Assembly (NCBI GenBank): GCA_013239625.1
Contig: MU053557.1
Span: 4,308,123 to 4,372,122 of the forward strand
Source of the DNA: Lama guanicoe
Taxonomy: Eukaryota
DNA length: 64,000 bases
Reading direction: 5' to 3'
Made by a program: the position numbers and the translations under genes. The notes under the pieces were generated by a model. The model ran no database searches, was not told where the DNA came from, and saw only the letters and a list, made by a program, of their open reading frames with translations. Below are positions 25,601-40,064 of this stretch, piece by piece. The stretch's first letter is position 1, and every line of letters starts with the position of its first letter.

Positions 25601-28479
25601 TGGGAGTAATAAGAGCATCTACTTGACAGATTTGCTTTAAAAATGAAATGAGATAATGAAACACTTAGTATAAACTGCTAAGTGTCATTCAGTGAAAAGT
25701 GAACAAGAGAATGACAGAATGGCCCAAAGACAAGCCAAAACTAACCCAAAGAGCCTAGTGTAAAATCATTACTTGGCTCATAGCAAGTAGTCTGTTATCT
25801 ATGGTAACATCTGTTATCTACATAATGCCTAAAGCTCTGTAGCTTGTATAGAGTTTTTTGGAACATAATTCTTTTTAAACCAATAGCCATGTTTTGAACC
25901 TTTTCCTTTATTTGGTGTAGCCATTTATGGTTGTCAGACTATAATACATATGTTAGGGAAGTTGCAGCAGCCTACATTAGAAACTTTACTTAACGCTAAC
26001 ACCACTCTTCTGAAGTGGGCACTGGGTAGTTATGGGAACTGAGACACAAGGATTTCTGGCTCCACAGCTGGTAAGTGGAGGGGCTGAGTTTGAACCTCGG
26101 TCTGCTCTGCCTCTCAGACCCACTGAGGACCCTGCTTTGACAGAGAGCCACAGCTTTACTGCATCCTAAGCAGACATCAGACCTCAGAGTTACCCACTCG
26201 GGAAGGAGTGGTGTTCAGCCTAGAGGAGGAAGACTGACAACTCCTTCCCTGAACTCTATGGCGCTGCCCTGGTGATGAGGACAAAAGCCTCCCCGTGTTG
26301 ATCCAGGCTTCACTTCAAAGAATTTCTCTGCCCATTGTTAACAGATCCTCTTGCTGCTCTGAGTCAGGCCTCTTATTTCTTTCTCATTTTTCTCCCTAAC
26401 ATATTTTTCCATAGTGCTTTTTCTGAACTTCTTCTTTCCTTCAGTCCTCAAGTCACCCCACAGGACACTACCCTCTCCTTTCTCTCCAGCCCCACTTCCT
26501 AGTTTTTCTCTCAGCCTATGACTTACTTTTGCATTAACCCCAGCCTCCCTTCTGCATGAGTCACAGCCCTCCTTGACCTTGGAAAACCGAGTAGCATAAG
26601 GTTTGGGGAGAAGTTTCCAGTGTCTAACTTTCTGAATCTAAAGCTAGTCTCTGCTCTTAGGGGCTGTGTGACCCTGGACAAGCAACCTTTATTATCTGAC
26701 CATTATGTAAGCCTCAAAGAAACTGCCTCATAGAACCACCACGAGGATTAAAGGAGATAACTGGCACAGGGCATGTTATATGTTATCACTGTACTAGGCA
26801 CATCTGACTCAATCATAGGTATTACCCTCCTTCCATCTCTCCTCACATCTCCGGGGAAAGATCTCTCTCTCTCTCTTTTTTTTTTTCCTTAAGCTACATC
26901 CTCCATTTCTTCACTTTTCCAACCATCCCCAGGAACCTAGTCCCAGAGCCACTCTTCCCCTTCACAGCACCATCGACTCCCTCTTCTACCCGACACTCAC
27001 TCCTCCCCTTAGACCCCCATCTTGGTAACAGACAACACCACCCCTACAGGTAGCCCAGGCTGAAAACCTGAGAGTGGTCTTTCTCCTGTGCCTCCACTTT
27101 ACTCGCTCATAGTCACCAAGACCCATGATTCTTCCCTACCGCCTCCCTGGCTTTACATCTTTCTTGCGTGTCTGACTGTCCTCCTTGCTGTGAATCTCCC
27201 TCCCTTCGTCACCCTCCCTTTCTGACCTTGCCCCTGTCCTCTCTATGTTCTCCATCCTTGGGGAGCCCTTTCCTCTCTCTGTATTTATCCCTCAAAGCAT
27301 GACTTATCCAGGTGTCTCTTACCATGTACAGTCCATTTTCAAGTTTCATAGTCTTTCCAGTTTTCAACATTATTATGCATTTATGTTTTCTCCCTGACTT
27401 ACAAGCATCTCAAGTCTATATCTCATGTGTCTACATATTCTCTTACAGTGCCTTATAGAGTTCCAAAAACAGAAAGAGAAAAAGAAACTCTGAAAATATG
27501 TACTGGTTGATTGATAAAGAATCAGTCATAAGCTTTAGGGAAAAGGAGGTATCTGACTAAAGAATTGTATCAGCTAACATTTTCTCCATCCTTATTATGT
27601 GCTAGGCAATGAAGTCAGCGCTGGAAAAAAAAACAATAAAATGAAAAAACAGTATCTTCTGCTGTGCCAAACATCTTATACACATTGTTCATTTAATCTT
27701 CACAATAGCTACAAGCAGTAAGTACCTTCATTATACCCACTTTGCAGAAGAGGTTAAGTGATTTGCCCACTGTCACACCAGAAATGAATATGAGAGCTGG
27801 ACACACTTCTGTTTACCAGTGAATTCAGCTCAACATTTATTAAGGCCTCCCATCTCCTTTTTTTCCCCAAAAAACTTACTCAAGACCAACAGACTTCTTA
27901 AAGTGACTGTAGGTAACTTTAAGAAGTCAGGTAAGTGTGTAGCCCAAGGTTTTCTCAGCCTCAGTGTCGCTGTCCCACTGCCTGCAAACCAAAACATGCC
28001 TAAAACTCAGTACAAACAACAAATAGCACCTACAACTACATTCAGAAGCCATTAAGACTGCATAGATTCTTCATAAGAAAGAAAGTTATTATGATGAAGG
28101 ATAAAATTGCATTTTGCCTTGAAAAATAATAAAAAGCATGATAAAGTTTTCATTACTATCAAACTGAAATACTCTAAAGAAAGCAATGTATCTCAAAGTT
28201 TTAATGAGTTGTGCCAATCAGAACTAGAAGGTAGCTAGTCTCCAGTGCCCTTTATGTGTCCTTTGCTTGTGCCAATGGGCTATGGAATGATAAATAAAAT
28301 ACTATTCCTTTCTTCTCAAAGTTACAGTTTAGTGTCGGGTTACTGAGATGAGTGTAATAATAAAAATAATCAGGCGGCCCTATTTATTAAAACAATTAAC
28401 CCTGTGGGAGAGAAACATGAATAGAGGCCATGTTACTCAACGAAATCATGCAAACAACCAGAATTTGAACCTCAACTAA

Positions 28480-29085
28480 ACATTTTTATTTATTCACTTA
28501 TTCCACAAATATTTCCTGAATTCCTACTATGTGCCATCCATTCTTACAGGCTCTGGGGATAAAGTGATGAAGAAGGCAAGTGAATTCCCTTCCCTTTTGG
28601 GTCTCACCTTCTGATGGGAGAGGAAGACAATAAATAAATTAAATAATGATTGTATGCTGTATAGGAAGTATTGGTAAGACTATAGAGAAAAAGCAGCAGA
28701 GCAGGGGGTAAGAAAATAGTCCATAAAGGAAATGGGGCTTGAGGTCCAGAGGTCGAGGGTGGCCTCACTGGGAAGGTGATCTGTGAGAGAATCCCGAGCA
28801 AAGAGAGGGAGTGAACCTCCTGGGATTCTGGACTAACAGGATCCCAGGCGAAGGGGAGAGCAAGTGCAAAGGCCCCAAAACAAGAGTGAGTGTGCCATCT
28901 TTGAGGGAAGGCCGGTGTAACTGGGAAGATGTAAAAAGGGGGTGGAAATTAGGTCAGAGAAGCAGGTAGGGCAGCTCATTAGACTCTGGGGAGCACGTAT
29001 TTTCTTCTGCAAGTTTTAGGAAACATCGGACATCTCTGAGCAGAGGAATCACACGTATGACCGATGCTTTTAAAAGACCACTGTG
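28480..29085 (-). mobile_element. L2 LINE 3' fragment
   Basis: ttattcacttattccacaaatatttcctgaattcctactatgtgcca... gcaagtgcaaaggcccc. Confidence 0.75.
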
Positions 29086-29735
29086 CAGCTGGTTGTTATA
29101 CAGAGCTATTCACGAGAGACCAGGTGACTGCTGAAAGAGCTGGAGTTTCATGGCTTGTCACAGTTCATCTGGGATGATTTCATTAAGGGATGAATGAGGA
29201 TCCCAGTGAAAGGAGGGCAGCTTGGCTCATAGGAAGGAGCAGGCCATTCTTGGTGATGGCAAATACGTATGTGGTGACATAGGCAGAAGTCACTGAGCTG
29301 TGTAAATTAGCATTTCCCAAGGAATCTTATGCTAACACTAGTTTCAATGTGTGTGAATAAAAGTCACACAATAAAGGGTCAAGTCGGCCTGGGAAATGCT
29401 CTGCTTCCCTCTTCCTGCTCTACTGGGGCTTTCGCAGAACCTCGAGGGTGCATGTGGACTCTGACAGGGATCCCCCAACGTTATTCAACTGCAGGACTTT
29501 TCACATAAAACACACACTGGGAAACCCTAGTGTAACGACTTCAGCTTGATACCAGCTAAGACCTATTTGGAGATGAAAACAGAGATGTAATGAGTAATAG
29601 ATGTTGAAACAAGGGACCGGGCATTTGGGGTTGATGTGAGGCCAATGTAAACTTACCAGAGTTTGATCAAGTTTGTAACAAGTAAAAACATGAAAAGGTC
29701 ACTTTTGCTGTCCTGTTTAGAACTGTAGCATAGAA

Positions 29736-30063
29736 CAGAGGTCTCCAAATGTTCAAGGAAGTTTGCAAGATGATCCACAGGAGTGTGGGAAGAAAATATT
29801 ATGTCTGTTTATATTTATGTTGTTTCAAAAAAACATAAATAAATTAATACTCTAATACTTAATACATGGATTGAGAGTGGCACGTATGATATGATTGATA
29901 AATATATACACTAGGCTTGGATGTTCAAAAATGTTGTGGATACTACGCTGTACACCAGAAATTAACAGAACATTTTAAACCAACTATACTTCAATAAAAA
30001 AAATTTTTTTTAATGTTGTGGATAGGGATAAGTGTATGATCACAAAAAGCTTAGAGGTTGCTA
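29736..30063. mobile_element. hAT-Charlie element (Charlie4-like) interrupted by a short L1 tail
   Basis: cagaggtctccaaa...gcaagatgatccac...gggaagaaaatatta...gatcacaaaaagcttagag. Confidence 0.6.
29930..30024 (+). mobile_element. 69-bp L1 3'-terminal insertion with 13-bp TSD aatgttgtggata
   Basis: TSD 29930-29942 and 30012-30024; insert gctgtacaccagaaattaacagaacattttaaaccaactatacttcaataaaaaaaa. Confidence 0.9.
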
Positions 30064-32036
30064 GATGAGATGACCTGGAGAAGGAAGTATCAAGTACTTG
30101 TACCAAGGTGTGGTTGTGAAAGTGAAGAGGAAGGAATAAAATTAGGAACCTGGAGTGAGTGGTATTCGTGGGCAGAGGGTGCGGGGGAGCCAGAGGTGGT
30201 CATCAGCAGCAACTATGACAAACTGGATGTGGGGAGGAATGAATAATGAATCCAAGGCTAGGAGCTCTGGACATAGTTGAAGTTTGTGTTGGGGAAATTG
30301 AGAAGGAATTGGAAAAGGAGGCGAAGCAATCATTATGCACCCATACTGCAGCACTAATTGTAGTATTTAGCCCATTATCCAGGACATAGTAAGTGATCAA
30401 TAAATGTTGGCAAGACGAATGCAAGAGTGAGTAAATGAATCAATAAATGAGTATGTGCAGAGGACTCAGCAAAAGAATATGGACTAGGAAACTCTGGGCA
30501 AAACGAAAATAATCTTCCAGATCAGGATTATGCACCATGTCATTTCCCAAAAATAAAAAAAACATAGCAACCTCTGATCTTTGTTAACTTGTTTTTAACA
30601 TGAGATCAATATTACTTTCAAAAGAGCAATTACTTGGATGTATCTCTACTTGTTTTTAGGATAGTTTTTAAAAACTGTTATGTCATATAAGTTCATTGTA
30701 GAAAAATCATGAAATGCAGACAAAACCAAAAAAAAGTTTATCATACCACCACCCAAAAATAACCCAGGTATATTTTTATAAAAATAGGCTTACACTATAT
30801 ATACTACGTTGTAATTTTTACTCAACAATATGTTCTGAGCACCCATGTCAATAAATATGACTTCAGGAAGTCATCTCAACATCTGCATAATATTCTGTCA
30901 AATGGAGCTATTGAAATACGCTCAACCAAGCCTCTATTATTCCTCCAGTAAGCTTATTTTTGCTAGTTTGTTTTCATTATAAGAATGATGCAATAAATAT
31001 ACAGCAACTGTGTATTTTCCATATTCTTAATCAGTTCCCCAGACATAATACCTGGAGGTTGAATCGCTGAGTCATTTTAAACATCTTTGATACGCATTTT
31101 CAAATTGCCCTCCAGTAATTTTGAGTGAGATTTCATAACCCATGTGAACTCTTTAGCTTAAACTGCACTTTCACATCTACTTAGACTTTGATTTCTGCAG
31201 CAGCCCCATGAGCAGGTCTCACTGTCCCTATTCCACAGGCGAAAAAGAATTCGAAAGCAGTGGGAGCCTTTCTCAAGGGTACACAGCTCTCACACCCGAC
31301 TTCCACGAGGGCCCTCCCCATGTCACTGGACAAAATGCCAAAATGTCAGTGAAAAATACAGTACCCTGATCTGTACTTTCCTCTTCAACTGCAAAATACC
31401 TAGCTCAAGTTTCTAATGAGGGTGTTTCAAAATTAAACAATTGTTAGATAGTGCCTGTTTGACATTAAATTCTCTTTCCTGGTAGAGAAGCCTTCCTGAC
31501 ATCTTGCCAAATAACTAACTTTGCTCTTGAGTAAGTCCCTTTGACAAAATGTGATTGCTTATAACTAGCGCCTCGCTGCCAGTACTTTGTGGTGCTTGGA
31601 TATTCTTGTGTACATTTAAGCAGAAAAGGGGATCAGAGAAATACAGAGTTCAAAAGAGCCTTGCAGGTCATTTCAATTGCATCCAAGCAAGTGGAGAGAA
31701 GAAAATCTGTCTGTGTCTAACTGGGAAGTGACTTGCCCAAGGTCTCACAGTCAGTGAATAGCAGAGATGGGATCAGAGTGGGGAGTCCCCTGACCTGCCC
31801 AGCCAGCTCCAGTTAACATCACAGAATCTTGTGATTAGTTTGTACCATAAAATCACAGTCTAGCCACATAATTTTTCATCTGAAGAAACTGAGGCCCATC
31901 AAGGGGAAGTAACTTACTCAATGATACCCAGGTAATTAGCAGAACTTGGGTGAGACCCAGGTGTCCTGACACTCAGTTATGAGGCTGATCCCAGACTCAG
32001 CTTGGCCCCATCAGAATCCACACCAGGACCAAAAGC

Positions 32037-32329
32037 CAGGACCAGGGTGGGTTGAGTGAGGCACTCACCTCAAGTGCAGATTTTAAGGGGACACTGAGAT
32101 AATATTTTCATGCAGTATTTTTAAAAATCAAAATTAATACAAACTATCCATAATGAAAAAAAATCCAACCTTGTATTTGCATGATTCACCTTGCTGACCT
32201 CAGCCTAATTTTACCTCTGCTGGAGCCTAGCCTTATTTAAAATTTGGATATCTTGCTCATCGTGGATACAATGCATTAATTTGTGCCCGAAGCAAGTGCC
32301 TCACTTACCTCACCTTCATTCCAGCCCTG
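32037..32329. mobile_element. MER96B-like hAT-Tip100 element
   Basis: Subterminal inverted repeats gagtgaggcactcacctc ... gaagcaagtgcctcactt, ending ccagccctg. Confidence 0.75.
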
Positions 32330-32842
32330 TCAGAGGACCTCCAGTGCCTGGGCCTGAGGACACCTAAAAATAAGTCTCCAGTGCTGGGACAGATTGCTCA
32401 CAAGGAGCTACAGGCCTATGGCTAATGGGGCTGATCACTTAAACAGAACAGCCCTCTAGCTAGGTTCTGGGGCTATGGAGAAATAACAACTAAAGAAATT
32501 TTATGAACTCAAAGTTGTCAATAACTCAAGTTCTCATGATACCAACTTCAGCCATTCAAAAATTAAATCGTTCAGGAATCTGTGCAAAGTTAGCTGTTCA
32601 AGCACTGGGTGTGATGAACTGGTTTGTCAACTAATATGAAAGAAATCTGGGCCTTTTAATTGACCACAAGCTTAACATGAGCCCATGATAGGAGGTGACT
32701 GCCAGAAACACAAATGGAATCTCGGGCTTTACTCATGGGCTCATGGTATTCAGGAGCTGAGTCTAATCCCACGGGAAGTCAAAGCCAAGAGAACATATTT
32801 TGGCCCCTCTGGAGAGTTGCTATTTAAGGCTAGGAGGGTGTT

Positions 32843-33277
32843 TGTTACAGTCTGAGTTGTGTCTGCCACAAAAGAAGCTGAAGTCCTGACTCACCAGTAC
32901 CTGTGAATGTGACCTTATTTGGAAACGGGGTCTTTGCCCATGAGGAAGTTAAGGTAAGGTCGTTAGGATGGACCTAAAGCAATATGACCACCAGTTACTA
33001 TAAAAAGGGAAATCTGGACACATGGGTGGACACATACACCATTTGCAGGTGAAGGCGGAGATCGAGGTGAGGTATCTTCAAGTCAAGGAATGCCAAAGAT
33101 TGCCAGAAAACCACCTAGGTGAGAAGAGAGAGGGACATATTCTCCCTCAAAGTCTGAGGAAGGAATCAACCCTGCTGACACTTTTGATTTTGGACTTCTA
33201 GCCTCCAAAACTATGAGATAATAAATTTTTGTTATTTTAAGCTGCCCAGTTTATGGCATCCTGAGGAAACTAATACG
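32843..33277 (+). mobile_element. MLT1 (MLT1C-like) solo LTR
   Basis: gaatgtgaccttatttggaaac...gtcaaggaatgccaaagattgcc...ggacttctagcctccaaaactatgagataataaa...ggaaactaatac. Confidence 0.88.
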
Positions 33278-34259
33278 GTGGTCAAGAGAGCATTCTTGTC
33301 CCTGAAAGAAGCTGGGGAAAGCCCTCCATTCAGATTCTCATAGACAAAGCCATTTCCATACTCATCACAGGGCCCAGGACACAGTAGGCATGCAGTGACT
33401 ACTTATTAGGAAAGAAAGGAATTTCAAAGCAATCCACTACTCCTAGAGGGGAAAAGGAGAGGTTGACATGCCAGGTTACCTTCCTTCACCTTCTCACCCA
33501 TACTAAGCATGAACCATTTTAACCTCATTCTATTTTCAGGGGATGAATCACAGGATGCCAGACACAGACAGCATCACAGAGATTATGGAGAAGCCCTCCA
33601 CTCTACAGATGAGGAAAACTGGATTTAACAAGGAAGAGACTAGTTCTTTCCATAAGCATGTCTCCCCCTCTTCCAGGGGAACACTTTTTCCCTTTTTTCC
33701 ATCATATGTTAACATATTTCCTAGTACTTCACTGTCATCAACAGATTAAAATTTAAATGAGAAATTATTCTAGTCTACCAGAATGTAGGAAAGATATGCC
33801 TGCTGGTGGTTCTCATGAAGGAATAGCAATATCTAATATTAAGGGAGAATTTATTTTGTGCTAGGCCCCCTGCATAAAGTACTTTGACTGAATTATCCCA
33901 TTTAAGGCCCAAAGCAATGCTACTGGGTAGGTTTTATTTTATCCCTGACTTATACGACAGGTCAAGAAAAGTAAAGAAGCAACACCTGCCCAAGTGGTAG
34001 TTTAGATTTAAACCAAGGTCTGATGGTTTTTGAGGTCCATGTTCTTAACCTCTCTGTGTGCTGGGATGGACAGGCTTGAGAAGCCATATGAAACAGTGGA
34101 AAGAGGTCTGGGCTGGGAACCAGGGAACTTGGGGGCCATCTGGGCCCAGCCACCTAACTACTTGGAACCTTAAGCAGATTTCTGCACCTCCCTAGGCCTT
34201 AATTTCCTCATCTGCAAATCCAAGTGACTGGGTGTTGAGGTTTTTCCTTAGTGAATCAT

Positions 34260-34600
34260 ACCTTTACTCATTCATTCCACAAATATTTATTGAGTGCCCA
34301 TTCTGTACCAGGACCATTCCAGACACTGAGAATATAATAATAATCAACATAGACAAAGTTCCTGTACTCATGGAGCTTGTATTTTAGGCATGTTGCGGGG
34401 GTGAGACATACAATATAAATAGGTTAAAAGTTCAAGAAAGAGAAAAGCCCATGAAGAAAATAAAGTAAGGTAAGAGATTGAAAGTGACAGGTGCAGTATG
34501 ATGGCTATTCTATACAGGGTGGTCAGTGAAGGCACCCTAAGGAGGGGAGATCTGAGCAAAGAACAGGATGATGAGAAGGAAGGAGTAAGAAATGAATACA
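34260..34600 (-). mobile_element. L2 LINE 3' end
   Basis: actcattcattccacaaatatttattgagtgcc...agacaaagttcctgtactcatggagctt. Confidence 0.8.
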
Positions 34601-35682
34601 CACAGGTTATGTGTAATTGGGACTAAAGGTGTTAATGCCTCAAGAGGGGCGACAGCTATTGGGCTATTCAATAACTATTGAAAAATGCCTCAAATTTAAA
34701 TCAGATGCATACGGAAGCTTCATTTAAGCCCGTCCCTCACTTTGACAGTAAACCTTTCATCATGAATCCAATTTCATGATGTAATTTTAGTATACTCTAG
34801 TAGCCTCAAATTATATAATTTGCTCAGGTTCAATTGAAATTACTAATTGTTCTAAGCCTGACTGAGTGACTCCTGGACAGAGCAGGTTATAGGAAAAGAG
34901 CAGCAAGAGGTTAGGAGACATTATTGCTGGTGTGTCAGCTAATGAGGTTTAAAAATCTCTTTACTGAAAGATCTCAGATGATCTGGGGTCATTCAGATTG
35001 TATCTGACCCAAGACATGGTTTCTGAGGTCCACGGATTCTTCCTCTTACAGAGATTTGCCATCTCCTCACTTCTCTCTGTGTCCACCACCATTGCTAAGG
35101 TCCAGGCCACCACCATCTTTCATCTCTGTCCCCATGCTTTCCCCCTTCCAATTCATTCTCCATATTGTAGCCAAGGTGATATTTCTGAAAGGAAACTTCT
35201 ATCATGTCATTGTTCCCCTGAAACCGAACCGCTCCCCCAACAGTTGGTGGCTACACATCTCATAATGGTGGTGGTTACACAATTGTATGCATTTGTCAAA
35301 ACCCACAGAACTACACATCTAAAGAGAATAAATTTTACTGTATGCAAACTACACCTCAATAAACTCGACTTTAAAACTGTCTAATGATAGTCTTTGCTCT
35401 CTAGGTGAAAAAAAAAGAAACCTAACTTTCATGGTTAGATGTTCATTCTCAGCATGGACTCAAAGCCCAGCCTCATAATATCACCTCTTAACTGTGTAAC
35501 CTTGGCCAAGTCATTTAAACTCTTTGTACTCAATTGCCTTATTTGTCAGAATGAGATAATAATAGTACCTACCTCTTAGAGTTTTCATAAAGATTAAATG
35601 AGTTAATTCCTCACTTAGAACAGAGCCTGTTGCATGAGTGTTCATTAAGTGTACAATATTACTAACAAGACTTATAGTACCC

Positions 35683-36157
35683 GATATTAGTTCTATATTA
35701 GGCAAGGGTTGCCAAACAAAGGACTCTGGACTCAGTAGCTTGAGCAACAGAAATGTATTGCCTCACAGTTCTGAAAGATAGAAGTCCAAGATCAAAGTCC
35801 TCTCACTGGCAAGGCTGGTTCCCACTGAGGGCTGCAGGGGAATCCGTTCCAGACTTCCCTCCTAGCTTCGGGTGGTTTTCTGGCAATCTTTGGCATGCTT
35901 TAGCTTACAAATACATCACCTTAATTTCTGCCTTGATCTTCACATGTCATTTTTCCTGTATGTGTCCGTCTCCAAATGTATCCCTTTTTATAAGGACACC
36001 AGTCTTACTGTCAGTATCCACCTTACTCCAGTATGACCTCATTTCAGTTTAATTACATCTGCAACAGTCCTATTTCCAAATAAGGTCACTCTGTGAGGTA
36101 CTGGGAGTTGGAACTTCAACTTACAAATTTTGGGGAGACAAAACTCAACCTATAACA
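35683..36157 (-). mobile_element. MLT1 (MLT1C-like) solo LTR
   Basis: caacagaaatgtattgcctcacagttctg...tatttccaaataaggtcac...ctcaacctataaca. Confidence 0.88.
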
Positions 36158-38639
36158 GGCCCTGACATGTTCTTATCATTTCTGCCCACAATATCTCTTA
36201 TAGCAAACCACCACAGTTGCCAATTTGTTTGGCAAACTCTTACTCATCCCTCAAGTTTCAGTTAGAAACTTTCTTGGAGAAATACCTCCCTAACATTTTG
36301 CAAGCCCATCAATTAGATTAAAGGCCTTTTCTCATATTCTTCGTATCCCCTGCGCTTACACCTCCCACAGCCCTTATTACCTTACACTATTCTTGCCAGT
36401 TTACTGCTTATCTCCCCTCAAGACTTCAAATACCTTTTCAACAAGGATTCCTTAATCTCATGTCTCGGAACCAAAGTCAATCTTAAATTAATATTTGTTG
36501 AATTAATGAATGCTAATGTCTCTCCCCATATTCTGGGCATGAGAATTTCTATGGATGGTTAGAGGAAGAAAGTTGTAAAAAAAAATCAGAAAGCGAAAAC
36601 TTTTAGCAGCACATCAGTCGTAGTTTAATTTGAAGATCAGAAATCATGCTAGTTATTTCAAATGTAATGTGTTTATACAAGGACTTGATTGCACAGTTGT
36701 TAGAAGGAAGGGAAGGCAAAAAGGGAATGCCAAGAAAATCCAGATATGAGTCACTGCAGGAAGTAGCTCCCACCATTAGGACTGAGGGAACAGAAGAGAA
36801 ATGAAAAGATCTGAGAGTTAGAGGAGGGTGTCGGGCATGGCTGAAGCTTAAATCTCAGACAGGAAGAAACCACATGGCTGTACTTGGACCTCTGAATTGG
36901 AGAATGCCATAGGTGATACAGGGTGCACTGAAAGTTGCTGGAGGTAGAGCCATGGCTGCCCTGTGCTGTCAGAGAGAAACATCAAGATACTCAGCAAGGA
37001 AGTCCAGCCAACATAGTTTGCAGACTCCCGGCCCCAGCATCACAGAGCAGGGATAGGAGCTGAGAGGCAAAGGGCACATAACCAGCACTAGCCGAGATAC
37101 AAAGGTGTATAGATTTTATATAGTTAAGAAAGATTCCTGCCAATGGGTTTCCAACCCTGGCTGTGTCATAGATTGACTACATCCTTGGGCGAGCAGCTTC
37201 CCTCCTCGGAGCTTCAGGTTTCCCATCCACGGCAGGGGGAAGGAACTAGCTATTCCTTAGGGCCTTGCCAAGTATGAACAGGGATTTGACAGCAGAAACA
37301 CCAGTGGGTTGCTAGGGATTTCTGAATGATGTTGTCATTCTAAAAGATCCTATCTCAGGCTTTAGCTATCAAATAAATAAGGCATTTCCTTTTTTTCATT
37401 CTGCAGCTACTGTTTATATGCTCCCAAGAAGGCAGAGGAAGGAAGCCAGGGCAGCATCTCTTCATTATGGTGATTCTCTTAGACAAACTGATCCCAAAAT
37501 AGCCATTAAAGAGAATGTTTCACATTCAGTTAAATGAACAAATAACTGAAACTCAGTGGGTTAGGGGAGGGAGGAGCAAGTGGGAGGAGGCAAGTGAAGA
37601 GCCATGACCTGTGCGCACACAGAGCTGAATCTGCTGTGTGCCCACAGCAGCAGTATTTCCTCCAGTCCCCTTGACTGGCCTTACTCTCTGTCTCTTGTGG
37701 TCTTGTTGGGAGTTCAATTATGGTGGAGAACACTCAGTTCAAGTCTCAGCACAGCCACATGACAGGCAGGAGACCTAAAGCAAGGTGTTTATTTTTGGCT
37801 CCTGTAAGCCTTACTTTCCTCGCCTGCAATTCTGCCTGCCTTTCAAGACCATAAGGATCAAATGAGCTAATAGGTAAGGAAGTGCCTGCTCACTCTGGGT
37901 GCTGTTTACAAGAGTGTTGTCATTTTATAAAAACTCATTAAGCATTAAAACGCATTTATAAAAATGTACTAAGTCTGCTTAAGATTTTTGTACTTACATG
38001 TATGCTTTTTACTTCAATAAAACAACTCCCCCCCAAAACTATAAGAAATAAAAGATGATTTAAACTTAGTTTAATTTATGAATTATCAGTAGTATTATGT
38101 GATAAGAAGTGATTTACAGCCAATAATGGGAGTAACTCTACAAAAAAGAGCTAAGTACTGCAGATTTTATAGACATAGCTAAAATTCTGTAAATTATCCC
38201 TCACTTAATTCTAGCTTTGCAAAAAGAATGCATGTTTAGTGTAGAAAATCTGGGAACATAGGAAAGCACAGAGAAGAAAATTTTAAAATAACTGTAATTT
38301 TACCTCCACATACTCAAAATTAAAATTTCTCTGTGAATTACAAATGCTACTGGACTACTAAGGGTCTGACTGGTGAAAATGTTCTTTATTCTTTTTCTTC
38401 TTTTCTACTTCTTAACAGACTCCGAAATCAAGAACTCATAAGCCAGGTCTAGATGGCAATACAAGGGCCTACAGAAACCAGGAAGGCTGGATAACAAGTG
38501 AAACACCTGAGACGCACCATTGCCAAGTGCAATGATAAATGGCAGCTGACCGCTGGCCTGAAAGAAGAGTACGCTAGGGAGGAGTAGGGACTGTGGCAAA
38601 TTCAAGACCATGTGCCCCAGGAGCTAGTTAGCTCCAACA

Positions 38640-38816
38640 CATCTTTGCATATTTCCAGTGTGGCTGGATCACTGATATTTCTAAGAGAAGTTGAGCATAG
38701 AGATATGTGAAAGTCCCCAACTTTTAAATGTTAGTGCTTAATTAATGTTTTAACTCTCTAAGCCAAACCAAAGACATCTGTCAAATGTGGCCTATGGCTG
38801 CCATTTTCAACCTCTG
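38640..38816. mobile_element. MER102-like hAT-Charlie fragment
   Basis: gccaaaccaaagacatctg...tggcctatggctgccattttcaacctctg terminus. Confidence 0.55.
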
Positions 38817-39409
38817 CTAAAGCCAAAGAGGGTAGAGGAGGATTCACTGAAGGTCTTAGACAGGGAACTAACAGCAGAAAATTTCTGAGAAATTCCTGAG
38901 GCAGCTGATGTGCAGGAGAGATTGGAGTGGGGAGAAACTAGAGATAGCGGAAAGATAATATTCCAGGTGAGGGATGATTGGTACTTTAACTGGGGCAGTG
39001 GAGAGGGAAGCTGGAGAGAAGGGGGGGGCAGTGTTAGGAGAACTGATGCACGGAGGGGCCAGGAGCCCAAGAGGGGTGCCAGTGTTGCAGCTTTGCCTAG
39101 AACCCTGTGGACTCACTCTCTAAGTTTAAGGAAGGAAGTGCCTTGTTTGATAATAGACAACTGTAGAGGAGGAACCACTCAGTATTAGAGATGCCTCCTC
39201 CCAAAATAGCAAAAAGACTAAAGCTGCGAATGCAGGGCTTGAAGGCACAGCCGAGAAGGTGGTGAAGGGAAGGGCATGAGGGCTGAGCAGTCTGGACCAG
39301 AGACCAGGGAAGAAAGGAGGAACAAAGTCAGAACCAAGTCCTATACCTTGAATTCTTAGTCTGAAGAAGAAAAGGCACAAGGGAAACAGAAGTTGTTTGG
39401 CTTCCCGGC

Positions 39410-39800
39410 AAAACGTATTTATTGAGCATCTACCTGGACGTGTCAGGGTGGGGGTTCCAGCTGGTGCTGGGTTTGGGGGTATAGCGGTAAGCAAAAGCAA
39501 ATAAAAATCAATGTTGTTCCTACCATGAGGGAGTTTTCTGGAAAGATATTGATTGAATAGCCTCACAAACAAATGCAAAGGTGCAAAACTGAAATAAGCG
39601 CTGGGAAGAAGAGTGGTACATGTCCTGAGAGTGTGTCCCAGAGGGCTGGGACCTGCACTTTCATAGGAAATGATGATTCATTTGAGAGCTAACAGATGAG
39701 TAAGCACTAATGATATAAACAAGGGGAAGGAAAGGCTTTTAGGCATCAGGAACAACACATGCAAATACTTGACTCATGGGAAGGACTGAGAAGGCCACTG
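39410..39800 (-). mobile_element. L2 LINE fragment
   Basis: aaacgtatttattgagcatctacc... ggaacaacacatgcaaa. Confidence 0.7.
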
Positions 39801-40064
39801 TGGTGGGGCACGCTGCAAGGTCTTCAAAGATCTGCAGGGCTGTGGGATGGAGGAAGAATGACGTATGTTCTGTGCGGTCTGCAGATGCATCCACTAGGGG
39901 TGCCACAGACACACTTCCCATAAAAGACTGATGGGGGTGTTTGGGCTTTGTTGTTTTTAGTTCATTAAAATAAAAAGCTATCACTTATTCAGGTTCACAT
40001 GTCCCAGGCCTTGTTCTAAATAATTGTCTCATGACTCTACATGCTAGCCTCAGAAAGTACACGC

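Noticed and set aside
26255..26280. CTCF-like motif (also near 9805 and 39890)
   Set aside because: Each has mismatches at core positions of the CTCF consensus.
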